Source: Heterodontus francisci (taxonomy: Eukaryota). From it: DNA of 64,000 bases. The first letter of the stretch is position 1. Each line of letters begins with the position of its first letter. The position numbers and the translations under genes were made by a program. The DNA lies in contig NC_090375.1 of NCBI RefSeq assembly GCF_036365525.1, positions 138,482,982 to 138,546,981 on the forward strand, read 5' to 3'. The notes beneath the pieces are model-generated. The model worked only from the letters and a program-made list of their open reading frames with translations, made no database searches and had not been told where the DNA came from. This document shows positions 39,360 through 50,789 of the stretch, piece after piece.

Positions 39360-42300
39360 TCACTTGGGTGGTAAGATGCTGTGCCTCCATCTTGTAGATT
39401 TGGCATTTGTTGCTCTCAGTGGTGAGTTGGCACACTGTACAGGCGATGTTGTGTCACTTGCTGGTGATGTTGTTAATGTTGTCTCGTTGGATAGTAATGT
39501 TTCCGGTGTTGTTGATGGTCTTTTCTGTTGTTCCAGCTTAGGTGTAGGTCAAATATGGATTCTGTTCCTTCTCATTTAGTTACCGGTTTCAATCTCAAAG
39601 ATATATGATCTTGGAGTCTTAGCTTCACTAACAACTTTTGCTGGGCTCCAGGTTTTCATGATTGGATACTATACATGTACAGTTTGTCTTTTCAACAGCT
39701 CGGGTAGGGATCTAGCATATTTGTTGAAGTGTTGCTCTCCTCTTACCTGTGCTTCAGTGAGTTGTTGTCTCACTTCCGCCTGGTCACTTGAAGAATGTAT
39801 TTTGCTTGGCAGAGTTGTCTTATATTTTTTTCCATTTAACAGCTCTGCAGATGATTTCATGTCAGTCTTGAGAGGTGTGGATTGGAGTGACAATAAGGCC
39901 AGGTTTGGGTCTTCCTTCGTCTCTCGGCATTTCACAAGTGTTCTTTTGACCGTCTGGATGTGTCTTTCTATAAATCCGTGTCCCCATGGGTAGTGTGGTG
40001 ATGAGGTGATGGTGTTGAACCCATACTGCAGCGAATTCCTTAAATTCTCTGGATGTATATTGGGTGCCATTGTCACATATAAACCTTTCAGGAATCCCTT
40101 GCTCAGTGAACAGAACTCGTACTGCTGAGATTATTGTTGTGGCTCTCAAGTCTTTCATCTTCCGGATAAAAGGGAATTTTGAGCAGTAGTCTGCGATTAT
40201 GAGATATCATTCTTGATTCTGTGTGAATAAATCGACTCCTACAGTATGCCATAGTCTGGGTGGTGCTTCAGTAGCTATCATCTCCTCCTCCTGTTGTGAG
40301 TTTCTGTACTTCTGGCATACATTGCATGTAAACACCATATTTTCGATATCTTTGTATATGCCTATCCAGTACACAGTTGATCTGGCTCTGAGCTTACACT
40401 TTTCCATTCCCATATGGCCTCATGTATCTTTTGGAGAAGTTCTTCCTGCATTGTTTTGGATATTATTATTCTGGATCCGGCCAGCAGAACACCATCTTCT
40501 AGTGAGATGTCATCTCTGATAGACCAGTACTGCTGTATTGCTGGCTGTGTGTGTTGTATCCTATCAGGCCATCCCTGGATCACTTGCTGAGATAGCATCT
40601 GTAACTCCTCATTTTTGTTGGTCTCATCTCTAATTTGACTCCATTTTGGTGGTGTTACTTGCACTAGGTGATGAATCTTTAGGCCTAGATCTTCTATCAC
40701 ATGTTTCTCCGGTGGTGACAACCGGGATAAGGTGTCTGCCAGTACCATTTCTCTTCATGGTTTATATTTCAGTGTGAAATCATAACTCAGAAGTCTCAAG
40801 AGTAACCTCTGCTGTCTTGCTGGTGCTTTACATCGATTTTTCTTGTAGATCTGCTCCAGTGGACAATGATCACTCTCCACTTTGAACTTCCTCCCATAGG
40901 GATATGTGTGGAACTTCTCACATCCATACTCGACTGCCAAAAGCTCGCTCTCTATGTTGGCATATCTTGTCTCAGCTGCTGTCAGAGCTTTGGACGCAAA
41001 TGCTATTGGCTTTCCCTCTTGGACCAGGGCTGCTCCCAGTCCTTTTGTGGAAGCATCTACTTATAGAGTGACAGGTTTCTTTCTGTCATAGTACGACAGA
41101 CTTGTCTCCTTGCACACAACCTTTTTGAGTTTGTTGAAACTCCTGTCATGTGACTCTGACCACTGGCACTCTACATCTTCCTTCATCAGCTCCCGCAGTT
41201 TGCCGTGTGTTCTGACATGTGCGGAATAAAGGAGTTCAAGTATTGTATCAAACCAAGGAAACTTCTCAAGTCTCTCTTATCTCTTGGGGCTTCCATCCCC
41301 AAGTTGGCTGAGACTCTTTCAGGGCTTGGCTTAACTCCATCAGGTGTGTACACCATTCCAAAGAACTGGCATTCTGTTACTTTCACAATGCATTTGTCTG
41401 CATTTAGCTTAATCCCAGATTTCCTGGTTCTCTCCATGGCTTCATGTAGATGGTTGTCATGATCTTTTCCATCTACACCATATATCTGGATATCATCGTC
41501 AATGCCGACTGCTCCTTTGCATCCCCTGTATGTCTCGTCTACTTTTTGGTGGAACACATCCTGGCTCACTTTGAGGCCAAAGGGTAGACACAGGAATTTG
41601 TACCGTCCAAAGCGTGTGTTGAATGTTGACAACAGTGAAGATTCTGCATCTAGTTTCACATTCCAGTAGCCATTTCTGGCATCAAGCTTGCTGAAAACTT
41701 TTTCCCCTGCCAGTGCTGGTGTGATTTCTTACAATGTTGGAATAGGGTAGTGATCCCTCTTTATTGCTTGGTTAAGATCTTTGGGATCTAGACAAATTCA
41801 TAGCCGTCCATTTGGCTTCTCTCTCACCATGATAAATTTACCCAATCTGTAGTCTCTGTGACTCTGGTGATCACCTTTTTTTCTTCCATTTCTCGGAGCT
41901 CTCTTTCAAGCTTTCCTTTTTGTTCTACTGGTACTTTCTGTGGGGGATAAATCACTGGTTTCATCACTGGGTCAATCATGATGTGATACTTAAAATCTTC
42001 GAAGCATCCAACCGAATCATCAAAACACTCTGGTTCATTTGTAGCAGATCTTCTTTGCTCCTTATTAGAGGGCGCTTTACAACGGGTGTACTATCTTCAA
42101 CCCTCAGTGTCACCTTCTTCACCTCGTGGTTTACTGAGATAATCTGCAGCTCTTCACAACTGCTCAACCCTAGGATAGCTGGACCATCTGTTTCTGTGAC
42201 GTAGAACATACAGTCAGCATCTTTTCCTTTGTGTGTCCCTCTGACGTGGGTTGTTCCTAGCTGTTGAATTTCAGTTCTCCCCTATGCTGTTAGCATGGCG

Positions 42301-42430
42301 TTGTTTGGTTTCAGAGCACTTTCCCTTGGACTCCAAATTTTCAGGAAAGATCTGCTGGTACAGTCTGAGTGGGATGATGTTACTCTGCACTCCAGTATCA
42401 ATCCTCACCTTCAGATTTATTGTTGTGGGC
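39360..42430 (-). pseudogene. Gypsy pol remnant (PR, RT, RNase H, IN), frameshifted
   Basis: PR 'IDTG'. RT 'LDARNGYW', 'LPFGL', 'GIDDDI'. RH 'DAS..GLGA', 'ESDH'. IN 'DNGTQY', 'GFIERHIQT'. Confidence 0.9.
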
Positions 42431-42727
42431 TTATTTCTCAGCTCTTCCTGATCTGAATGGTTGTGTGAATTTCTTTTCTCTGGGAACTGTCACATCCAGA
42501 CATTTCATGCAATTCTATGGTTCCTATGTCTATCATGTTCTCAAACCCATCGCCATCTTCCAGGGTATGGATGTTTTGTTTTCTTTCACTATTCCTTCGT
42601 CCTGCTACTCTGGCTCTAATGACTCATCTACCACCTTCTTGCCTTGTTCTGCACATCTTTTCCCAATGATTGGTCTTTCCACATGCTCTGCAGATTGATC
42701 CATATGCTGGACATTTCCTTCTATCTG

Positions 42728-43381
42728 TCAATTCATGTGGTCGTCCATAACTCCTGCACGTCTTTCTCTCTGGTGTACATTCTTTAGTTGTTGTTTCACT
42801 GCATTGACCCTGCTGCCTGTCTCTTGGCTTAACTGAAGGCTAGCCATTTGGGAGGTCAGAATCTTCATCTGTCTGCTCGTGACTTCATGTGCTCTGGCAG
42901 TGTTTACAGCCTGCAATACTGTGAGCTTGTCCTGTCCGATTAGAGCTTTCTGTACTTCAGGATGTGCAGAACCCCAAATGAGCTGATCTATCAGCCATTC
43001 ATCTGTGCCCTTAAATTTACATTTTCTGGCTGCATTTTTCAATCTTGCTACAAAATTGTCAATAGACTTACCTAGTTCCTGTCTGAGGCCTTGAAATTCA
43101 TATTGGTATATCAGATGATTTGATTTTGGCTGCAGATGGGTGCTGAATCTTTCAAAAATGTTGTCTGGGTTTCTGCTGTCCTCTTCATTTAGGTCCCAGC
43201 TGTTAAATAAATGTAATCCTTTATCTCCAGCCCACAGAAGGATATAGCTGACCCTCTCCTCTTCACTAGTGCCTTTTAGGAAACTGCTGAATGCTAAATT
43301 GCACATTTGTTTAAACTTCTCAAATGCCTCTATGACATCATCATCTCCCTTATTCATGATGGGCTGTAGCAATGCATTCAT
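42728..43381 (-). pseudogene. Gypsy gag remnant
   Basis: 'EERVSYILLWAG', 'QELGKSIDNFVARLK' and 'LIDQLIWG'. Confidence 0.85.
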
Positions 43382-43809
43382 TCCTGTCTTGCTTGACAGT
43401 TTGTTTTTTACTTAGAGTTTTCACACAAGTCTCTCAGTTTTTCTTTCTCTCTCTCTGGCACTAATTTGGGTCACTTTTCTCAATCTGATGCTTTTAAAAA
43501 TGTTCTAGGTTAACTCACAAATACTCGCTGCCACCATGTTTCATCTTTATGTTATTTTCTGGTTCCCAGATGTTGGAAAGAATCACTCTTTAAGCTTGGA
43601 AAAGACTGGAGTCAGTCTTGTTTAATTCAGCACCATGCTTTGTGCTATAGAACCTGATTCCACCGGTTCTTGTGTTACATATAACATGACTCCCCAGTCC
43701 AGCTGTGAATGTGGCTCCCTACTGAAACACTTACATATAACAAGTGGTTCCTAGGTAATTAGCTCCTCACACTTCACAGATAGTATAACAATATATACAT
43801 ATATAACAA

Positions 43810-44482
43810 CTGAGATCTCATATCTGCTTTACAGGTGCTGTAACCCTCTGATGAGCTGAAAATTTCCAAAATGTTCAGTCACCCTATCCTTGATTATAGA
43901 CTCTAGTAATTTCCCAACAACAGATGTTGGGCTAACTGGTCTATCAGTCTCTGATTTCCCTCTCTCACTGAGAACTTTGGAAGATTACAGTTAACATATT
44001 TGCAATGTTCTCTCCTACTTCCTTGCAAACCCTGGGATAGAAACCATCTGGTCCTGGGGATTTGACACTCTTTAGTGCCATTATTTTCTTCATTACAGTT
44101 ATTTTGCTTACATTCATGTGGGTGACTCCCTGACCCTGATTCAAAGTTAGTTTCTTTGGGATGTCTGGCATAGTGAACTCTTCCTCTACTGTAAATAATG
44201 ACACAAATTAATTATTTAGCATGCCTGCTATTTCCTTATTTTCATTGACAATATCACCATTATCAGTTTTAAGGGGTTTGATTGCTCCTGACCAGCATTT
44301 GTTTCCTCATGTAATTGTAAAACAATTTTGTGTTGATTTTGATATCCCTTGCAGGTTTCTTTCAATACTCCCTTTTTGTCGCTCTTGCTATCAGTTTTAT
44401 CATCCTTTGCTTTTCTGTCTTTCCTATTCACTAGGATCTGTGTCATGTTTTGTATTTTTGTGTGCTTTATCTTTTAGTTTTA
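43810..44482 (-). mobile_element. CR1 LINE fragment
   Basis: KSPGPDGFYPRVCKE. Probably continues at 50790-52283. Confidence 0.8.
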
Positions 44483-46291
44483 TGGGTCAGAATTTTACAA
44501 CCCCTGCAGGAGGGCTAAAGGCATGGGGGTGGGGGTGCGCAAAATTGAATGGGAGGTGGTGGGTGCAGTTTCCGTCACCTTCCCGCCCCTGTTGCAATTT
44601 TACGAGTGGCAGCAGAGGTGAAAAACTGCCTGCCTACCCCAGGCCAATTAAGGCCCTTATGTGGCCAATTAATTGCCTCCTCCTGCCACCACTGCTTATA
44701 TTACCACATATTACCAGTGGCAGGCGGATGTTTCAATAGCTCAGAAGGCTGCCCAGTAAAATCTGGTGGCCTCCTTGTGGGCTGTAGGCAGGGGGGATGG
44801 GGGCGGGGGTGGGGGGGTCCCTTCTGATCGGGCACCCTGTGCCCGATGGAGGGATCCAGCCCCCGACACAAGCCGTCCATGCTGGAGCAGCTCCCCTCCC
44901 CATCTCGAGCGACCCCCCCCCCCCCACCCCAACTGATTGTCCCTGGCGATGCCCCATACACTTACCTGCATTCCCATACCTTGCCCATTATGCTGGTCCT
45001 GGCTGGGTGCAGTCCCAGCAGTGGCCACCGCTCTTGGTGGCAATGCAGGAACTGAAGAGCTGCTGGCCTGCTGATTGGCTGGCAACTCTTTGAGGCGGGA
45101 CTTACTGCCTCAGAGGGGTGTGCAGCACCAGCTATCTGGCCATTTTTATGAATTATATTTTGAATCCAAAACCCCAATAAAGAACTGTACTGTTTGACAA
45201 GCTTGTGGGACTGGCTTAGGGAATAGGATGGACTGGCAGGAGTTTCGAACCAGGCTAACCTGACTAAGGTGCATTCATATGCAAACGGCCATTTCACACT
45301 GACAAGCTGGGGGAAAGAGAACCCAGGCCGATTGACGTCATCACCATCCCCCGAGAGTTAACTCAATAAAGCACAGTCACGACTCAGTCCCAACCAAAAC
45401 TGGCAGAAGGCAGGAGATGGCCAGGCCATTGTCTTCCAGGAGATAAGCCAGTTAAGCAAGATCGGTTTGAGATTGAAACCTGCTAATGGGGGCCGTCAAC
45501 TGAGGAAACGACAGACATCCAGTAATCGGCACTCATTGTCTCTCCACATGCCAGGCCTGCATGTGGGAAAACATAATACCATTTTCACAAAGATTTCAAA
45601 GGTTATGAGTCACTCCAGGGCACAGGAGGGGGCGGTCCAGACAGATCACCTGAGTCAATACATCGATCAGTATTGGCTGGAGAAAAGGTGATGGGTTTTG
45701 GATATATATGGAGCCGGTGCTGGCTCTTCTCTCTTCTCCTCGGCATCAATCTACAGCGAGTCTCCCGAGTGGGGCTTGGTTCAATTCAACGGAACACCAC
45801 CAGAAGCTGAGCTCTGCTCTTCATCCCTCATCAACGGACCTCGACTCAAATTGAAACTTGGATACTGTGTTGGCGATACGGAAACAGGAGTGAGATGTAC
45901 AGGCAGAAGCTGCAAGCAAGACAACGGGCAATCGGGGTGAGCATATTGCCTGCGCCTACACATCCACAAGACCACTTAACTGTGTGAGGGAGTGATTGTA
46001 AGTCCCACCAAACCTTAGAGGGCTTTAGTGCTGGGGGTTCTGTGATAGTTTATTTCACGGGAGGGTTCTTTTATTAGGCCGCAGTAATTTAGCATGGTAG
46101 GGCTTGTTGAACAAGCCAGGGTTGTACTGTTTTGTACTGTTTGTGAGTGTTATTGTTAACTTATTAAACATGATATGGTTGAGGCCGAAAAACCTGGGTC
46201 CGAGTCTGATCTGTCCATATAATCCCTATCGTCCAGAACTTGTAGTAAGAGGTGTGTTTTCGGTACGCCGGAGAAAACCACTTACAGATAT

Positions 46292-46309
46292 TGGCGACCG
46301 TGGCAGGAC
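46292..46309 (+). promoter_or_regulatory. Primer-binding site, tRNA-Arg(TCG)-type
   Basis: TGGCGACCGTGGCAGGAC is complementary to the recalled vertebrate tRNA-Arg(TCG) 3' end (GTCCTGCCRCGGTCG-CCA). Confidence 0.75.
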
Positions 46310-46329
46310 GATAGGTTTTGTGTCAGATC

Positions 46330-46630
46330 ATGGACAGTTTTAAGGGCAAGAGACCTGGAATGGAGGATAGGATTTCCTCCTATGTGTTCAATAAGATTAA
46401 CGTGTCTCAGCCATGGTTGCTGGAGATGCTGCATTCTGACAGTCCCCAGGATAGGACTGCAGAGTGGACAGGTAGCAGGGATCACAGGAAGTCAAAGGAA
46501 AAAGCGATTTGGCTCCTGTGTCTGCAGAAACAAGTTCAACTGCTCACGGAGCGGGTTGGAAAGCTAGGGAATGCACTTAAAGAGTCTGAGGATAGGTCAG
46601 ATGCAAGGGAGATAGTCGGGAGTAGACTAT
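46330..46630 (+). pseudogene. gag N-terminal remnant (coiled-coil-like)
   Basis: The ORF begins just after the PBS: MDSFKGKRPG...LQKQVQLLTERVGKLGNALKESE. Confidence 0.55.
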
Positions 46631-46669
46631 TGGAGGATAGGATTTCCTCCTATGTGTTCAATAAGATTG

Positions 46670-46873
46670 AAGGGGTGGGGCAAGAGATAACACCCCCACC
46701 TCACTTGCTTATAACCTGTGACATTTTTAATATTTGTCAGTTCCAAAGAAGGGTCACTGACCCGAAACGTTAACTCTGCTTCTCTTTCCACAGCTGCTGC
46801 CAGACCTGCTGAGTGGTTCCAGCATTTCTTGTTTGTGTTTCAGATTTCCAGCAACTGCAGTATTTTGCTTTTA
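46670..46873 (+). mobile_element. Penelope-like 3' fragment with a short inverted 5' piece
   Basis: 'ggggtggggcaagagataa' matches 62696-62714 on the same strand. The rest matches the opposite strand of 62553-62700. Confidence 0.7.
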
Positions 46874-46874
46874 T

Positions 46875-47995
46875 CCTAGTGAGGGAAGTGTTTTCCCGAT
46901 GGGGACTGCCACAGGTCACGGAGTCTGACCAAGGAGCCATTTCACAGGGCAGGTGATGCAGGTTTAAAATATTTTGGGAATACAAGGGAAGTAGCATGTG
47001 GCTCACAACCACCAGTCAACAGGGATTGTGGAGCGCATGAACCGAACACTGGAAGAAAGACTGAGGAAGGAGATAAGCCCGTTCCCACAGAGATGGGACG
47101 AGGTCTTGCCTCTAGTTTTACTGGGTGTCCGGGCCAGCCCCTCCAGAAGCACAGGGTACTCCCCACATGAGCTCATGACCGGGAGGATTATGCGTACCCC
47201 AACTCATGCGTTGGCGCTGGTCCTCACAGAAGCTTAGGTCAGGGAGGTTAGCCAGGACAGGTTTGTCCAGAATCTGTTTGACACTTTAAAACAGATTCAC
47301 TGGTAGGCAGCCAGTAACCTGGGGAGCCAGCATGGAAAAATCAGTTGCTGCTCGAGCCCTAAAGAACACGCGAGTGGAAGGTGGGAGACCAGGTAATGGT
47401 CAGGAACTATGCCCGTGTAGGGGCATTGAGTCACTGTACATGGGGCCTTATAACATCGTAGATAAGGCGAGCCCCATGGTATATGTAGTGAGACTCCCAA
47501 AATGCATGAAATGGTATCACATCAACCAGTTCTTTCTTTCTTTCTTTTGGGCCTCCTTATCTCGAGAGACAATGGATACGCGCCTGGAGGTGGTCAGTGG
47601 TTTGTGAAGCAGCGCCTGGAGTGGCTATAAAGGCCAATTCTGGAGTGACAGGCTCTTCCACAGGTGCTGCAGAGAAATTTGTTTGTTGGGGCTGTTGCAC
47701 AGTTGGCTCTCCCCTTGCGCCTCTGTCTTTTTTCCTGCCAACTACTAAGTCTCCTCGACTCAACCAGTGCAAGTTGTTTAACCCCGAGGAGGGGAAAACA
47801 AAGGCAAAGAGAAACCAAGGCACGATAATGAGCCTAGTGGATGCGGGTCTTCCTCCCATGTTGTGGGACGATGATAATGACCCGGAGGATGGGGCATTAA
47901 GGAGAAGCAGTCGGATACCACGGCCTAGGGTTCTGTGGACACCTCCTCACTTACTGACCGCGAGTTGCAAGAGGTCCCAGCTGCAGAGGTTTTAA
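46875..47995 (+). pseudogene. Integrase core and C-terminus remnant
   Basis: EVFSRWGLP..SDQG, QSTGIVERMNRTL, WDEVLPLVL, TGYSPHELMTGR, GPY and KWYHINQ|CK. Interrupted by an RTE insert. Confidence 0.9.
47531..47760 (-). mobile_element. RTE-clade LINE 3' fragment with TSD
   Basis: CSTCGRACHSRIGLYSH motif and (aaag)n tail. TSD caaccagt at 47523-47530 and 47761-47768. Confidence 0.88.
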
Positions 47996-48136
47996 CCGGG
48001 GGCACTCGATAATGCAGAACGAATTGTAAATGTATGTAAATAACAAAAGCCAGATGCGTGGAGGAAAAACCTCACACAGAGCGGTGTTGTTTTGTTTTGT
48101 CTTAATATAGAAATCAGAAGAAACTAGAGAAGTAAA

Positions 48137-49289
48137 ATGGAGACAACTCTAAGACTGAACATGCTCATAATTCTGGTCGGAACGGGACACATGGAGAGAG
48201 GAGACATGGAGGTGTCCTTCCTCTACGGCTGCACAGGAGGAAATGGACCCACCGTAAGACAGGGTAGGACAGAGGACACGGACAGGATAGCTGCTTACTT
48301 CCACGAGGGAAGGTGGCCGGGGTAGTTGGGGTTGAATTCAACTAGATACTCCAACCACACCGGTTTCACATTTGGGGAAGCATCCATACCGTGTCCCAAG
48401 CTGCCGAACACAGCCTCATGGTTTAGGGTGACCGAGGGGAAGTGCATTTGTTTAAAATGTGAGGGACACATTCCTTTGGGACAGTGGTGGTGGTTGCGAA
48501 AGTTGGACCAGGCCAAGGGTAACAGATCTGCGGACTGGGAGAGTCTAGGGGACGACACATACCAACAGATTACGGGGATGAAGGGGGGAGTGGAACAAGT
48601 GGTGGAAGGAGGAGCAGGGCAGTTATGTGTGTGTGGGGGGGTCGGAACGGATCTGCCTGACGGGTGTGTCGATTGCCTTTTCGCAGCAATGGTAGGATTC
48701 CGGGGCTGGGATCGGATGGGATCAGAGTTAGGACTCCTGCATGATCCCAGACCCTCCCAACACAGTAAATGCCACACAGCGTATTGCACAGGAGAAGAAG
48801 CCCCTGCCCACAGCCCCACAGGTACAGGCAACAAAGATTAGCTGTCCCGCCACCACACTGGGACCGAGAAACGGGTTAGTGTTGGTCCTGACTGGAAAGA
48901 CCTTGTATCATGATGTACATTATGAGGTAGCATCGGACATTTTAAATTTAACCCGAGTGCAGCTGCCCCGGTGGTGTCCGATAGAAATGGAGAGGCTTTA
49001 TGAGACCTTGTTGAAAGGCATGTTCCGCCAATTTTACGAGTTAAGTTACGAGGATGAGAGTCGGGAAAGGTTATATATAATTAATAAGTTGGGCAAGAAA
49101 TAAAAGAAATGGCTTCCCCAAACTGGTGGGACTTTGGTTTGAATGTCGAGATCCCTCCATGGATCCGAATAGTTTCACACACAATAGTAATAGTACAACT
49201 AATCATGATGTTGCATCTGTTAAAGTTATCCTGTAAAAAGAGAAGGAAAGTATTCCGAAATCGTTGGGAGACCCTAATGAAAGGGTAAC
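48137..49289 (+). pseudogene. env-like membrane glycoprotein gene, decayed and internally deleted
   Basis: Acceptor at 48110 and a signal-peptide-like start. N-glycosylation sequons NST, NHT, NRS, NAT and NLT. Cys/Trp-rich. C-terminal WWDFG...SHTIVIVQLIMMLHLL TM followed by basic KKRRK. Confidence 0.7.
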
Positions 49290-50789
49290 AAGGAGTTTTA
49301 CTGTCTGTAAATATGTTGAATTGAATTGTTTGTATGGCATAGGAAACGGGACCCCAGGTGTAATTGATAAGTAATGTACGGTTTGGTTGAGACCCACAAT
49401 GCGCCTCCCGCAGCAGAAGGCAATGACATTCGTGATATTTCTGGTTTTGGTGACAAAATACCAAAGGGGGGAATGTAGCACCAGCTTTCTGCCTTCTTAT
49501 CTTAAATCGAAAATCCCAATAAAGAACTGTACTGTTTGGCAAGCTTGTGGGAGTGGATTAGGGAATAGGATTGACTGGCAGGAGTTTTGAGCCAGGCTCA
49601 CCTGACTAAAGTGCATTCATATGCAAACGGCCATTGGTGCACAGCAAGATCCCACAAGCAGCAGTGTGATAACAGCCAGCTACACTGACAAGCTGGGGGA
49701 AAGAGAACCCAGGCCGATTGACGTTATCACCATCCCCCGAGAGTTAACTCAATAGAGCACAGTCATGACTCAGTCCCAACCGAAAATGGTGGAAGGCAGG
49801 TGATGGCCGGGCCATTGTCTTCCAGGAGATAAGCCAGTTAAGCAAGATCGGTTTGAGATTGAAACCCATTACCTGCTAATGGGGGCTGTCAACTGAGGAA
49901 ACGACAGACATCCAGTAATCGGCACTCATTGTCTCTCCACATGCCAGGCCTGCATGTGGGAAAACATAATATCATTTTTTACAAAGATTTCACAGCGGGG
50001 TGGGGCGGTCCTGATTGATCACCTGAGTCAATACATCAATCAGTATTGGCTGGAGAAAAGGTGATGGGTTTTGGATATATATGGAGCCGGTGCTGGCTCT
50101 TCTCTCTTCTCCTCGGCATCAATCTACAGCGAGTCTCCCGAGTGGGGCTTGGTTCAATTCAACGGAACACCACCAGAAGTTGAGCTCTGCTCTTCATCCC
50201 TCATCAATGGACCTCGACTCAAATTGAAACTTGGATACTGTGTTGGCGGTACGGAACCAGGAGTGAGATGTACAGGAAGAAGCTGCAAGCAAGACAACGG
50301 GCAATCGGGGTGAGGATATCGCCTGCGCCTACACATCCACAAGACCACTTAACAGTGTGAGGGAGTGATTGTAAGTCTCAACCAAACCTTAGAGGGCTTT
50401 AGTGCTGGGGGTTCTGTGATAGTTTATTTCATGGGAGGGTTCTTTTATTAGGCCGCGGTAATTTAGCACGGTAGGTCTTGTTGGACAAGTCAGGGTTGTA
50501 CTGTTTTGTACTGTTTGTGAGTGTTATTGTTAATCTTATTAAACATGATATGGTTGAACCCGAAAAACCTGGGTCCGAGTCTGATCTGTCCATATAATCC
50601 CTTTCGTCCAGAACTTGTAGTAAGAGGTGTGTTTTCGGTATGCCGGAGAAAACTACTTACAGGTGGAAGTCCTGCCTGAGGCCACGTAAAATCACGGTGT
50701 GGCTTCCAGGCCCTGTGGAGGTGGGCTCACCACCGACTTTTACTGCCGGTGGGAGGGGCTTCCGGTCTACTTAAAATTCCAGCCATAGT

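Larger units (their letters stand above)
38939..43808 (-). mobile_element. Full-length decayed Ty3/Gypsy LTR retrotransposon
   Basis: 272-bp LTRs at 38939-39210 and 43537-43808 (TG..CA). TSD gctga/actga. PBS TGGTGGCAGCG (tRNA-Leu-like). PPT agaaaaaggga. Domain order gag-PR-RT-RH-IN. Confidence 0.95.
45121..50661 (+). mobile_element. Internally deleted env-bearing LTR provirus (retrovirus-like, possibly lokiretrovirus-related)
   Basis: LTRs at 45121-46286 and 49474-50661 (TG..CA). TSD GGTG. PBS TGGCGACCGTGGCAGGAC. PPT aaaggggggaa. gag, IN and env-like remnants, with no PR/RT. Confidence 0.9.
44483..50786. mobile_element. GC-rich MITE split by the provirus (44483-45120 and 50662-50786)
   Basis: tgggtcagaatttta...taaaattccagcca termini. 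The sequence is continuous across the GGTG TSD. Confidence 0.75.

Noticed and set aside
43846-43866. CTGATGA-gct-GAAA hammerhead-like string
   Set aside because: There is no stem II, and it lies within decayed CR1 coding sequence.
45698-45940. Duplicated 80-aa ORF (also at 50071-50313)
   Set aside because: It starts at a non-ATG codon at the LTR TATA box, is duplicated only because it lies in the LTRs, and has no recognisable motif.
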